The notes under the pieces are model-generated. The model was not told the origin of the DNA, searched no databases, and worked only from the letters and a program-made list of their open reading frames with translations. The translations under genes and the position numbers were made by a program. Positions 35,701 to 48,233 of a stretch of DNA of 64,000 bases are shown piece by piece; position 1 is the first letter of the stretch; every line of letters begins with the position of its first letter. Origin of the DNA: Oikopleura dioica (Eukaryota; Animalia; Chordata); assembly GCA_907165135.1 (NCBI GenBank), contig OU015567.1, positions 11,470,001 to 11,534,000 of the forward strand. The letters run 5' to 3'.

Positions 35701-38180
35701 GTGTTGAGATAGAGTCGAGCCGTTCCTTTGATATCTTGCAACTGGGCAGGCTTTTGGCTTGGAGTTGAAGGACGAGAGGGTATTGCAGCGACATTGAGTG
35801 GGACTGGCAAAACGATTGGCGATACGGCGGCAGAACCGACTCGCGAGGCAACAGGCGTCGTAGGCCTCGAGCCCGGCTTACCGGGCGTCCAAGGGGACGA
35901 AACACTGGCGGCTTTGGGCGATTCGGACTTGTTTATCGTTGAACTCGAAGGTGGAGCAACGCCTGCTGGTAAAAGCAGCTCAAGGGCTTTTGGTGAGACG
36001 GAGTTGGCTTTTGCTGTTGCTACCACAGGGGAGCCCTCTCTTAAAATAGTTATTTCATAAAATAAATGTTATTATTTCTGACTTACTTTTGCGAAGCAGT
36101 TGGAGGAGTTCCAGGCACCTGAGCAGGTGAAGAATTCGCTCCTTTTGGTGGCGAATTTGGCTCGTCTTTAACCTTTTTGTCTTCGAATTTCTCCTCCGGC
36201 TCAGCTTTGACTTCGTCTTTGACTTTTTTTGCCAAGTGCTCTTTGAGTATATCTTTGAGTTTGTACTTTCGGCAAGTGCCGACACTTTTGAAGAAATTTT
36301 TACACGCTTCGGCATCTCGATTTGATTTGGGCACACGAGACAGAGCTTCGGAGATCTTTTCCCAGTCCTCTCCGTATTCGCGCAGAGCGTTTTTGTATGC
36401 TTCGATTTCCTCTTCTTTCCAAACTGCTGTTTTGCGCCCAAAACGAGTCTTGGTTGTTGTCAGCTGCGTTTCTTCGGCTCCTTGGGCAAGAGCTGGATCT
36501 GCTCGCTTTTTCGGATGTCTGCCAGGCGCTGGCTTGCGTTTCGACGCACGAACATGCTTTTTTGTACTGCTCTTGGATCTTGGACGAGTAGTAGTGCTTG
36601 ACGCAGTCGGACACAGTCTTCTTTCCTCCCGGAATCAAACTGGAAATGATGTGCCACTGTTTCGGGTGATTAATGTATTCCCGTTTGAAGGCGGCCTTTT
36701 CCTTGTCCGTCCAGACTGGGTTGTCCTTGCATGTGTGCCTGTACAGCTCAACCGGATCATCAATTCGACCAGTTGTGTCGACAACTTGGAATCGCCGCTC
36801 ATTCGCGTCCAGTAATCGAGGGACGACGACCGCTTGTTGCTTCATCTTTTTCATCCTAGGAAAGAGGTATAACTTGTTTTCCTGATATAAACTAACCTGT
36901 TCGCGTTGGCTTGCAAGCTCTCTAAGACTTCGTTCATTTCCGCCTCGGAGCGGGCAGATTCGCGATTAGCCGTGCGCTTGAGACGCTCCTGATTCTCACG
37001 CTGCTTTTTCAACTCTGGGAAAATCTTTTCGAAGCATTCTCGGTGACGTTGTGCCATCGCACGCGCCTTGATTGTATTCATCTTTCTCTCCGTCGTTTCG
37101 TTCCACTTTTTCAAGTCCTCGTCGTACTTTTTCGACATGATGTTGTCACGCTGCTTCTCGAGGCGCTTCTTACGGGAGAGGTAGGCTAGAAGACGGGGCT
37201 GGTGTTCTTTCATCTGCACCTTGAGCTGCTGGATACGCTCGCTGTCGAAGGGTTGGTTCATTTGCGGAAGAGTACCTTATAAGAAATTGATGGGGTGTTT
37301 GATGATCTTTCGTTACCTCTAAAACCGAGACCAGTTTCTGTCAACGCTGGGTTCAGAAATGCTGAGCCCTTGTTATGTGATTTTGCTGATTGTCTCCGAT
37401 TTGCCGCGTAGATCTCTTGCCAGGGCTCAAGATCTTCCTCTTCGTTCACGTCTTCCTTGATCTTATCGTTTGGATTGGCAGGATTGGCGATGTTGTCTTC
37501 GAGCTCCTTTTTCTGAATTCTCTTCAGCTTCACTGCGGTCTCGGTCTTTTCGATCTCTTCTTCCACTTTTTTCAAATCTTTGTGAGGGTAAGAATTTTAT
37601 TCCTTGCTCAGAAAGACTCTAGAGAAATGCGAACGCTCACCCTGCCTTTAAGAATTTTCTCTTTCTTCTCCGCCCACTCAGAATCTGAAGCCATTTTCGC
37701 CCGAATGTGGTGCGGACTCTTTTGAGGGTTCAAATCTAGAAGTAAAAAGAAAAAGCAATTCTGATTTCAGGATTGAAAGTTCAGATGAGAAAAAAATAAG
37801 CTCGAAGGGCGGCGCTCTGGAGGACTGTGCGTCTGACAGACTTGTATCAAGACAACGTCGCAAAATACAAAAAATCCCGTTCAAATAAGTTTTAGAAAGT
37901 AAATGTCTCTCATGTTTCACTAGTTTTATCAATTATTATTTTGAATAAAGGAAGGGTACGAATGTATCCTTGGAGGTACTAATTGGAACCGTAGCTGAGT
38001 TTCGTGAGGAGCAATGGAGCGTGGATTTCTAAGATAATCGCCGAACGCGTTGAAGCCTCTTGACGAAATCTGCTGGAGCGAGTTGAGAGGCGACTCCGAT
38101 CGCAGCTCCTGTTCTTGCATCTTCATGGAGGACATGATCGATGGACGGAAAGTGCTTGGTACTCCCTTTGAAGACCCCAT
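29771..38180 (-). CDS. NCOR1: Nuclear receptor corepressor (NCoR/SMRT orthologue)
   Basis: GPS2-binding-like coil (KVEEEIEKTE..LKRIQKKELE), KYDEDLKKW..FEKIFPELKKQRE, SANT1 VWTDKEKAAF..HPKQW..DCVKHYY and SANT2 VWKEEE..YGEDWEKI..CKNFF. The C-terminus SYKTIS* resembles YETLSD. There are several 1-nt homopolymer frameshifts. The symbol stands for NCOR1/NCOR2, which cannot be distinguished here. Confidence 0.88.
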
Positions 38181-38927
38181 ACTCGCGCTTTTTTGCTTTT
38201 CAAACCGTATTTTTTGAGGAAAAATGATGATTTGCTCGTTTTAGAACTAAATTAGCGATAAATTATCGTTTTACATTGATAAGAATGAAGAATAATTTTG
38301 AAAGGCAATTTCCTATGATGCGAGCTGGTCGATCCGGCGTCCGAGGTGGCATAGGACGAGTATCTACTCGATACATTGGGAGACTTGTAGGCCGAGCTAA
38401 GGCCTCTATCCATCGCTTCTCACTTCCTCCCTTTTCTCATCTTGAAAGACGGCATTTTTCGACTGGTTTGTGCTCTTTTTCGCACAAATTTCTTCACTTT
38501 CGCTTCGATTTTTTTCGATTTTCGAGTCAAAAAGTGCGGGCGCGCGCGAAAACGACGCGATTTCTTTTTGAAAGCGACGCGGTGAAAGGGAAATTGTGGG
38601 AGATGATCGCGCCCATTGGACGTTTTGCGCCCAATCGAACAAACTGCGCCCCAGCTTGAAATCGAGAATGGAGCTTGGAAGGGACGCCCCAGGGCGGATT
38701 TTTATCAACCTCGAAATTTAAAACGACCTGCTTTTCCCCTGCTTTGAAAGACTTTCATAAACCTTGAACGACATTGTCCTATAACGACCTTGTTGTGATA
38801 AATGTAGTCAATTTATTGATAATAAATGATCTAATGAAAAGTTTTTTTTCAGTAACAGTTTTAAATAGCGGGTAGTAACTGGTGATATTATCACCGTGAT
38901 AATACAGTTCTTGGATAGATTTTCAAA

Positions 38928-40625
38928 CTATTCATACAAGCTTCTGACTTCAAAACGGTAGTATCGTTTCTGACAATCCTTGCCCAGGTTAAACGGACAG
39001 TACGTATATTCGACGTCATCATTGAATCTTCTCGTAAAACATTTCAGGCAAGCAACGTGACCACAGGATGACAAGAAAGATTTTCGGCGGTCTGTGTCGT
39101 TGTAAAACTCGTCGCAAGCTTTGCAATATTGGTAGTCTTTTCTGTTCTCTTAAATTATTAATTGCATTTACCTAATTGCTTCAAATGATTTACCTCTTGC
39201 TTCAACATCGTCATCGAGAGAGAGTTTGGAGGCGACTGGATGGTATTCATATGAAAGTTGTTTGAATCGTTTCAGGCTTTCATTCTTCACATTCTCCTTT
39301 TCGATTGTCCTTTTCTTTGATTCTTGAAGGGCATTCTTGTTACACCGAACATAACATCTTTTCTCCTCAAGGGATTTTTTGGCGTTTTCGACTTTCTTCA
39401 TCAATTGATTCAAGGCCTCTTCCTCTTGTTTGATTCTGTCTTCTGTCTTCTTTATCCTTATTGGCGTATTTTTGATATAGTTTTTATTGTCCTGTAGATC
39501 TTCAGAGTCCCACTTATAATATTGGTGGACAACTTTCAGTTGCTTTTCTTGGGCTAAAAGTTCTTTTATCATCCTGAAATGATGAGTAGTAAGATAGATG
39601 AAAATGACTTTTGCGGAGCAAATTCGGGACCCCAATATTTTTTGTGCTCATTTTGTAGCGCAGGTTCCGAGGAGTCGAATGGTACAATTTTTATGTGTCT
39701 AAGCCACGGGAAATCTCAAATTCTAGTGCCTAAAGTACCGTAAAATGTCAGTTCATGTCCCCCTGTATCTCCGAAAATTTTCAGAAATATATGGAGATTT
39801 TGGTATCGTTGGAAAGCGTAGCTCAAACTGGTTATGAGCACCAGGTGCGCAAAAGAAAATTCTGAAAAAAAATTTTGGGTGAAAAGTTTTTGTCTCAGAA
39901 AAAATTTTTTTCCTAGAAATTTTTTCTTGCACACCTTGTGCTCATAGCCAATTTGAGGTGAGCTTTCCAACGATACCAAAATCTCAATTAATTTCTGAAA
40001 ATTTTCGGAGATACAGGGGGACATGACCATTTTTCAAAGGAGGGCCCTGATGACGTCATATGTGATGACTAAGACCCTCAAACTATACCATTCGACTCCT
40101 TAGGACTTGCTCTTTCTAATGAGCACAAGGAACATGGGGGGTAGAATTTTGCTCCGCAAAAGTGATTTTCACGTATCGTAATACCTTTTTTGTTTTCAAC
40201 GAACACTTTTGAAGCTTGCTCGCAACAATTTCCCATGAAAAAATTCTCGATAGAAACTTCCTTCGACTTGCAACTCCCTTCTTTATCATATGCTGGGCAT
40301 TTGAATTTCGCATCAGAGGACCCCGGATCAACCACGTCGTTTTCCTCATAGAATTTGCTCCCATACTCCTTTGTTGCACAGACTTCGCATAAGATTCTGC
40401 CCTGAACCCGCCAAGTTTCTAAGGGCACTCTTCAAAAATATTTTCGTGATCATGGAACTGCGCATTTTAGTCTTACCCGTCGCACTCAGATCCAACGCAG
40501 ATTCCGAATTCTCCGCAGGAAACCAGCATACCAGGAAAAATACTCTCGAAGGCCTCAATCTTTGCCATCTTTACCGTTGAAATCGCGGCTTCATGAGCAT
40601 CAATGTTTCGGGACCTGAGCTTCAT
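38928..40625 (-). CDS. Cys-rich domain + coiled coil + C-terminal RING protein (paralogue A)
   Basis: Starts MKLRSR; exons encode GEFGICVGSECDG, LCEVCA..FKCPA..CCEQASK, a coil ending KRFKQLSYEYH, and a RING CKAC..SCGHVACLKC..YCPF..C. The splice phase around the MITE-containing intron is uncertain. Confidence 0.7.
39592..40178. mobile_element. TA-flanked MITE with degenerate outer TIRs of about 90 bp and an inner palindrome (39753-40026)
   Basis: The outer arms share TGAAAAT.ACTTTTGCGGAGCAAA..TTGTGCTCAT..AGGAGTCGAATGGTA in inverted orientation. The inner arms begin TCATGTCCCCCTGTATCTCCGAAAATTTTCAGAAAT. TA lies at 39590-91 and 40179-80. Confidence 0.8.
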
Positions 40626-41000
40626 CGAAAAAATAAGTGAATAAGTGAATCAATAGGCGGCCTGTCTGAACAGAGTATGCTCAGGAGATTCTCATCTAGA
40701 AATCTTATTGGACGACAACGAATAGCTCATCGGCCTATCATTCGGCATGATTAAGATTTTCGACTGAAATCCGACGTGAGCGCGTCCGCAAAGGGCCGAC
40801 AATGGGAATTTATTGATAAGGGGGGTGGCTGCCACTGATACATATTCTGAAGACCCGCTTGCATTGAAATGAAATGATCTTAATTTTTATTGTTTTTTCA
40901 TAAATCATCAATCAGAAGAAGCAATTTTCAGTATAAGGATCATGTGATTATTATGTTTGAGTCAAACAGTTTGACAGACAATCGAGTATTGTATAAGTTT

Positions 41001-42079
41001 TTATTCGTGGATTCTGATCATGTCTTGGATCGTGAAGGATTTTCGGCAATGAGGACACTGGCCATAGTGGGCGTCCGCGAGAATTCGGTCTAGGCAGTTT
41101 CCACAGGCAGAATGTCCGCATCCTTTCATCACCCATTTGGAGGTCTTCCACTCATCGCCATATTTCTCCAGACAAACTCGGCAGCTGGCGGCATCTAAAA
41201 ATAATTATTAACTTCACTAACTCTATAATTTCAATTTACCATTACCTGAGTTGTCATTGTCTTCCTTCTGATCATCTTTCCGAGTGACGGAGTGATATTC
41301 GTAAGACAGCTGTTTGTATCGCTTGGACACGATGTCCATTTTTCTGTCCTTTTCTTCAAGCTTATTCTCTGTGGCGCCCTGGGACTCCTTCTTCTCTTTG
41401 AGTTTTACCTCGGTTTCCTTGATTATCTTCAAGATTTCCTCAACTCTTTTTCTTCCATTCACCAGCAGTTTCTCCATTTTATCGATGCTCGTTTTCGTCT
41501 CTTTCGATTCCTCTTTTGCTTCTTTTTGTTCTCGCTTGGCCTCGGCATGAAGGTTTTTCATGATGTGGATTTTCTTTTTTGCGGGCTGCAAAAATAATTA
41601 TTCATCAAGAAAATTTGTAATAATCACCTTTTTCATTCTCTGTCAGCCATTTTGAAGCTTGCTCACAGCAAGATCCGAGGTAGAATTCACTAAAGGAGAT
41701 TTTCTCCGATTTGCAGCTTCCATCAGAAGAAAATGCAGGACACTTGAATTCGGCATCGGATTTGTCGAATGTTTTCCCTTGAAGATGAAGATTGCTATTC
41801 GATTTTATCGCGCAGGTTCTGCATAATCTTTCGTCGTTGATCTTGATCGTCTCTTCAGGTACTCTGAAATAGTTTGATGTAAGTATTAATAATTCTATTG
41901 GTTCAATCTTACCCGTCACATTCGGACCCTTCACATTTTCCGAATTGTCCGTATGAAGTTACTGAGTTGGGATGAACCGTTTCGAAGTCGTCTGGTTTCT
42001 GAATTTTGATCTTCTTCGGTGTTGATGAAGAACTTGGAGTATCGAAACTCTCTTCAAAAGAACGAGTCCTGAGTTTCAT
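41001..42079 (-). CDS. Cys-rich domain + coiled coil + RING-HC protein (paralogue B)
   Basis: MKLRTR..GQFGKCEGSECDG | LCRTCA..FKCPA..CCEQASK | coil KRYKQLSYEYH | CRVC..GCGHSACGNC..CPHC. Confidence 0.75.
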
Positions 42080-42588
42080 TGTAAGCTGCTTGGTTGAGAA
42101 ATTGATTTCGTATTCTGCTGGTCGAGATTTCTGAAAAGTATTTATGAATGGTTTCCTCCGAAAGATGGCGCCAGATGCAGTCTCTGAGACGCAAAGAAGG
42201 TTGGACTCCAACCGAGCGCTCCTTGGTTTTGCAGATGGTTTGATGATTATCTCTTACAGATTAGTTTTCAAAAATTGCTTACTTTTTTGGTTAATTCTCT
42301 GACGAATGATGCTCAAATTCAGATGTTTGATTCGGTATAATTATCGAGCATAAGTCTTGATTTCCATCAAATCAACCATCCGAGACAATCTAGAAGCTTT
42401 GAAAGTCAAAAGTGAATAATTTTGACTTTTTAATGACGTCAAATGGCCCCCTTCGATAAAAGACTGAGCACGTTTTCCACCCCATTTTGTGGGTCGACAT
42501 TGGTAATTGAGGCAATCATCCAGCACTCAAAATGATCGGTCAGAATCTTTGGTTCGGAGTGCATGGTTTTTTAGAGAACAAAATAAGG

Positions 42589-43383
42589 ATGAAGAAGACC
42601 ATTATTTTGAGTGTTGCATCTGTTTTCGGTCAGACTGGAAGCCAAACTGGCGATAGGGCTCAACGAAGATATGCAAATTTGATGCTCATGGCGGAGGTTA
42701 AAAAGCGTAAAGAATCAAGCCACAACTCTTTTAGACGTACTGGCCAAAGTTTGATGATAAGAAATTATGGAGCTATGGCTGCAACGGGTTCAATAGAGGT
42801 GATCGACCGATGAGTTCGCCTGGAAATGGCCTTCCCGTTGACCAGCTGGACAAGCTCTACCACACATACAAAGCATGTCTTATGTGTGCGAGACGAGTTC
42901 ATAGCCCAGCAAATTCAAATGGAGACGAATGTATCGGGGAAATCGTAAAATATGATGCAGAGAAAACTCCACGGTAAAATTCTTACAGTGACGTCGGCTT
43001 TGATCTGAGAAACGATTTCAGAAACCAATGGAAATGCAATGATCAGCCTGGAAGTTGTCCTCGACTTCTGTGCGAATGTGATCTCATGTTTGCCCAAAAT
43101 ATTGGCGATGCGATGGAGGTAAAATTGGAGTCAATGTTCCTTGATACTTAATTTTATAGTTTTATGATAAATCGAAAAAGCACGGAAAAAACAAATTCGA
43201 TCCAGAGCAAGGTATTTAATCAACGTAAGAACGGAGTAAAGAACTCTTTGAGATTGCATCCGCTCTGCAAACGGCGGCGACTTAAGATGCTGCGGTGCCC
43301 CTGATCAGGCAATGGCCACATACAACGCGAACAACAAGCAGTGCTGCAAGGGCGAAATCTTAAACGTCGGCGACTTTTGCTGA
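42589..43383 (+). CDS. Secreted phospholipase A2-like protein (catalytic His/Asp absent) with a Cys-rich tail
   Basis: Signal peptide, then RRY, YGC, PVDQLDKLYHTYKACLMC, CND..GSCPRLLCECDLMFA, and a tail CCGAPDQAMATYNANNKQCCKGEILNVGDFC*. Confidence 0.75.
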
Positions 43384-44534
43384 ACCCAATGTTACCCTGA
43401 GGATTATCGATTCCATGAATAAACCTCGCATCTTGAATGTTGTCCTTCCATTATTGAATCTCGGGATTGTGCATTTTAACCGCATTTTGCGGATATAATT
43501 TGCGAAATATAAGGCGTCGCTTTTAGAACGAAGATCATTCTGATTTATAAAATCCTAAAATTATGAAATCTCCTAGAGGAACTAGAGGAACATCTTTCAA
43601 AGAGGCCATGAGGAAAAGAAGACAGAGTCTATTTTCTAATCGTCCTATAGGCATTTTGGGTCACGATTAGTTCTTTTAGCGAGTTTAGTTGATGTGTTAT
43701 CAATTTTTCAATTTTCTTTTAACAACTCGGTGACCCAAAAAATCAGTTGTCAAGGAGGAGTAACAACACGTATGAATGTATGATCCGCTAATGACAATAT
43801 TGAAGTGCTGCATGCTTATACATGAATTTAAACGCAGGCTTATGCAATAAATCAACATTGCAATTTATCAAAATAAAAAAATTAATAGGGGTGCGGGGAG
43901 GTTAATTATTTAGAAATACAATCGAAACCCAATGCCCGGATTTGCTTTAGCGAGAAAAAGGGAAAGTGATCCAAGTTTATTAGCGATAGACCGTTACTTT
44001 ACAAGTAATTCGATCATTAATATTGAAAACTGATGAATTTACACTGCCGAACTTGAGGAACTTTGCAGTGTGGTTTTTAGATATTTATTTGTTATTCCAA
44101 TCCATATCATAATGTCCCCGAAGATGGCGCGTATGCGAGTCGATGCATTCTTCGCGAGACCTGATAATAAAGATGTCAAGTGCTCCACTGCTTTCTTAAA
44201 TTCTCTTTTTGCTAAGAGACCTAGGAAAAAGACCATCCAAGGTTCGAGAAATTATATTGTCCGACAACACGTAAACGACGGCGAGAAAATTGTCAGAATA
44301 ATAAATTTAAAAGCGGACCGCGAAAAATCTGTCAGAACTCATAATCATCGAAAAAAGATTGGAGACCAAACTTCTTCAATTCGAGTTTTATAAAGAAACT
44401 TGTTGAATACTCCACTAGAGAAACAATACCTCCATATGAATGGCTTTAGGACAGGTTGAGACTAAATTGTCTTCGTTGATTTCATCAATTACGGCCGATT
44501 TGTTTAACCTTGAATGCTTCTAACCAGATTTCAA

Positions 44535-46997
44535 ATGGCACGCGCTAAAATCGAGGTGGTTAGATAGTTAATCATAGATGGATAAAAATAATTTTTGTGC
44601 TCAGGAAATCAAAAATTCAAGAATCAATTCCGCAATCAGTTATTTTCGGAGAGGTTCGTATCAGAAAATATGTCAGTCTCGGTGCCAATGTGACCTACAT
44701 AGCCTTTTTACAATATGCTCTCGAATCAAGGTAGCAACAAAGAATCCCTCACCATATTCAGAATCAAAAACTAAAAAACTGGCTAATTAATTTTGCAGCA
44801 ATTATCATATCTGCGGCTATATATCGACAGTCCTCTCCATATTCACTTTCTTCATTGCCTATAAAGAAGAAAATGCACTTTCCACAATGAAATCTTTCAC
44901 TCCTCTTGAGAAACAAAGAGAGCCTCCACCTAGTGAAAATACTATGTGCGTGTCAACCTTCTTCAGTACTATTTCAAATCCGAAGAATCATGTCTTTAGC
45001 CGCATCTCATGGGGAATTCTGCTTCTTCTTGGTGTCACATTCACAGTCAAGGCAAGTCGATAAAATAGATGATGCAGTTGAAAAATATTTGAAGAATATT
45101 GCGGATTGCTTTTCAAAATATCTGAGCTATCCAACAATTACTAAAACAAGCGAGATTCCAGTCAACGCATCAGTCGAAGGTAAAAATATTTGATCTCGGG
45201 CAACAATAATAATTTCTAACAAAAGCCTTTCCAAAACTGACGATCTGCCTCAACTCCCAACAATCGATATGGAAGATACAAAAGTACTACCCTGACACTT
45301 ACGAAGAAATTCTCGCCGGGCTGCCGTTTCTCTACGGCAGTTATGGCGATAATCACGGAGAAAAGTTCCGCGACTTTCGATATAAAGACAGATCAGTTTT
45401 AGGTTTTCAGCTTTTTCGGAAAGTTTTGATTAAATATCGTCTTTAGACTCGTTGGACTTGGAGAAATTTATGAATTCGACAAGTGGAGAAATGGAAATAA
45501 TTGCTTGCAAATTTCTGAACAGAGATTGCCGGGATAGCTGGGATAAGATCTTGACGATCTATGGGACTTGTCTTGTGTTTACTCCTTCTTCAGGTAACTA
45601 GGACACTAGAATTATATAATAGCTTCTAAGATCGTTGGAAAATGAAGAAGCAAAAGTCCCTCTTTGGTCGTCAAAGTTCCATTTCCATTTCTGTGAAGTA
45701 TGAACTTTTCTGTTCATTAATATGGCTAATTACGCACTCAGATACAATATAACAGATTGGACAGCAGGCTGGACGCACTACATTGAAGGATGTACAATAT
45801 TCGTGAGTCCAACTTTCGAAGAAACCCTCGATCCCGACGACTCGATTATTCTGACACCAGGAAAGGTCTAAAAAATTAGCGACGAGTTATTGAAATAAAG
45901 CTACGTTCGAGCTACGAGTTATATGCAATCGTCTATATTGAGTCGAAATTGATGACCGACCAAGGTGGCCTTCCGATATTGTCTGTGAGGCAGAAAAAAA
46001 GTCAAGCTTCTAGGAAACCCGTTCAAGGATTGTCGTGAGCGAGACGCGGCAAAGATTCATCCGAATCCGCTAATGGTAACATGCGAAATACCGTTTCTAT
46101 TTTACTTTAGAGCTTCAGTATTTCGAGAAGTACACGATGAAACACTGTCAAATGGAGTGCTTGATCAAAGAAATTAAGACAAAATGCCACTGCAACGCGC
46201 CGTTTTTCCCTTATCTCGCGAAGATCGACGATCTTGGTTTCTGCAATTTCACTCAACACAGGTTTGAAATGATCATATGGGCTCTGTGACACGTTCTTGA
46301 AGCTTCTGTGTCTCAAACCAGATCGTCGCTCACGATAATTTGGAATGCCAAGGATGCGAGGTAAAGTCCAATAATTCAATTATCGACTGAGTTTCGTTGA
46401 CCCTTATTCAAATATTTAATTCAAAGTTCATTTAGATTGTCAAATGAATTATTAAATTTAGCTCGAATGTGACTCTGAGAATTTCGTCCACGGTAACCTT
46501 CAGTACGCTGAACTTGACTTGAAATCGCCGGATCACAGAAGCGACGGGCTCGACAGTTGATTGATTCATTTTATCAAATGATCCCATAGAACTTAGAAGG
46601 GCTTAATTTTAAATAAGTAATGAGCCCTCATAAAGGCAGAAGGTGTTCAACTCAAGCCAAACGGGAATATCATCCATGCTGCTCTATCAGGTAAGCATAT
46701 TTGATGGACGCAGTTAAATGCGGTTCATTGAAGGCTGATACGATTTTGACCGAGACGGAATCTCCTGAGTACACCCGATTCGAGTTCATGTCCGACATTG
46801 GAGGAACAGCAGGACTGATTCTGGGCGTCTCATTAGCTTCAATGATCTCGACGGTAGAAAGACTTGTCCGAAAGATGTTCAGAAAACTCATGTGAGTACA
46901 GAGCTTCTTCTATCTTTAATGTTTGTGCTCTAGAAGACTGACAGAAACGAAGAAAGTCAAAAGAAATCCCAACCATCTGAGGGACTGGTTAATTTGA
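44535..46997 (+). CDS. DEG/ENaC (ASIC-family) ion channel
   Basis: TM1 candidate ISTVLSIFTFFIAY, post-TM1 YLSYPT, FPKLTICLN, and TM2 FMSDIGGTAGLILGVSL. The 5' exons are approximate. Confidence 0.8.
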
Positions 46998-47256
46998 CCT
47001 TTAGTTTGTCTTTTTATCTCCGGAAAATTTCATTAACCAATTCAGTGCCTTGTAAAAAACTTATAATACTGTAAAAACTTATACTGTATCAGAGTTCACC
47101 AAGTATCTTTTCCACTGCTTCATTTTTATAAATTATTGGTCGCATAACCATTTGTATCCGACTTGATTGCCTTTGCAGATAGAATATTTTCTAGACCAAT
47201 ATCAACTGTTGACAAAACAAGCGTTGTCAACATTTAGATTACATATTAAAAAAAAG

Positions 47257-48164
47257 ATGGTGGAGATAAAATCGAAGCTCTTGAGCTCGATGCACCTTGA
47301 TAGAAGTTACAGTCTCTTTACAGTAAAGAACGCAGCTGTTCTGCTCGAACTTTTTAATCTACTGGACGTGCACGAAATAGGCCAGCTCAATGACATCCAG
47401 GTTCGTTCATTAGTTTTTTCGAAGTTTCACGTCCTCTAGTTCACATCGTTCCTGAAAACCGTCACTGCATTCAGCCACGATAGTGTGGAACGTGTCTTCA
47501 AAATGGTTGACAATGGAACTGGACAGGACTAGTCACCACATGAAAACCAAATAAATGCAAACAAAACCAATAATTCCATAAGACAAATTTCTCACTCCTT
47601 CGAGCTAAGATCATGTTTATTTCTTTATCATTAGTACTTCTTCGAAATTTCATGAAAACAATGTGTAACTAACAAAAGATAACTTGGGAAAACTTTTATC
47701 TCGTCTGCGCGATTCTGATTTCACTGAAGGACCGAACCGAAAAGCAATTTCTCTTCAGGCAAGTAGCATTTTTTGCGATAAGATAATGAAATGTTCATCT
47801 CGATTGCAGACACTCAAAAATTGTATTTGGACTGATGGACGAAGACGGAGGAGGGACAATTTCCGCCGAGGAATTCAAACGGTATATTATTTTTTGCCTT
47901 CCATTTTGTGAGTTTTTCCGTAGCTATGGATTTTTATTCAACTTGAATGATCAGTCGATTGGCGAGTTGTTTCAAGAGTTTGATGTGTCAGGAGATGACG
48001 AGCTCGATTACAAGGAGTTTAGAATGTTTGCAATGGCTTGCATCGGTATTTTTTACCAAAAATCTTTGTCTTATTAAAAATGTCTGATAGACAAACAACG
48101 AGAGCTGGAGCAACAACAGGAGGAAGAAGAAGGAAAAGAAAAATCGTCATGCATCATTCTTTAG
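47257..48164 (+). CDS. EFCAB9: EF-hand calcium-binding domain protein 9-like (CatSper-associated), ending in CaaX
   Basis: LDRSYSLFTVKN..LFNLLDVH..LNDIQ; VFGLMDEDGGGTISAEEFKRYGFLFN; LFQEFDVSGDDELDYKEF are colinear with EFCAB9 as I recall it. The protein ends SSCIIL*. Confidence 0.8.
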
Positions 48165-48233
48165 TTATCCACATTGCTTTATTTGATCATTTATCCTGCC
48201 AATATATTTACAAAAATAGCATTGACTCTCTTT

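Noticed and set aside
38276-38708. Overlapping ORFs upstream of NCoR
   Set aside because: GC-rich promoter-like sequence with no homology signal.
40078-40184. C-terminal extension of ORF 40078-40428 as coding
   Set aside because: It reads past the GT donor into the MITE arm.
44070-44393. 107-aa ORF as a gene
   Set aside because: No motif, splice or polyA support was seen.
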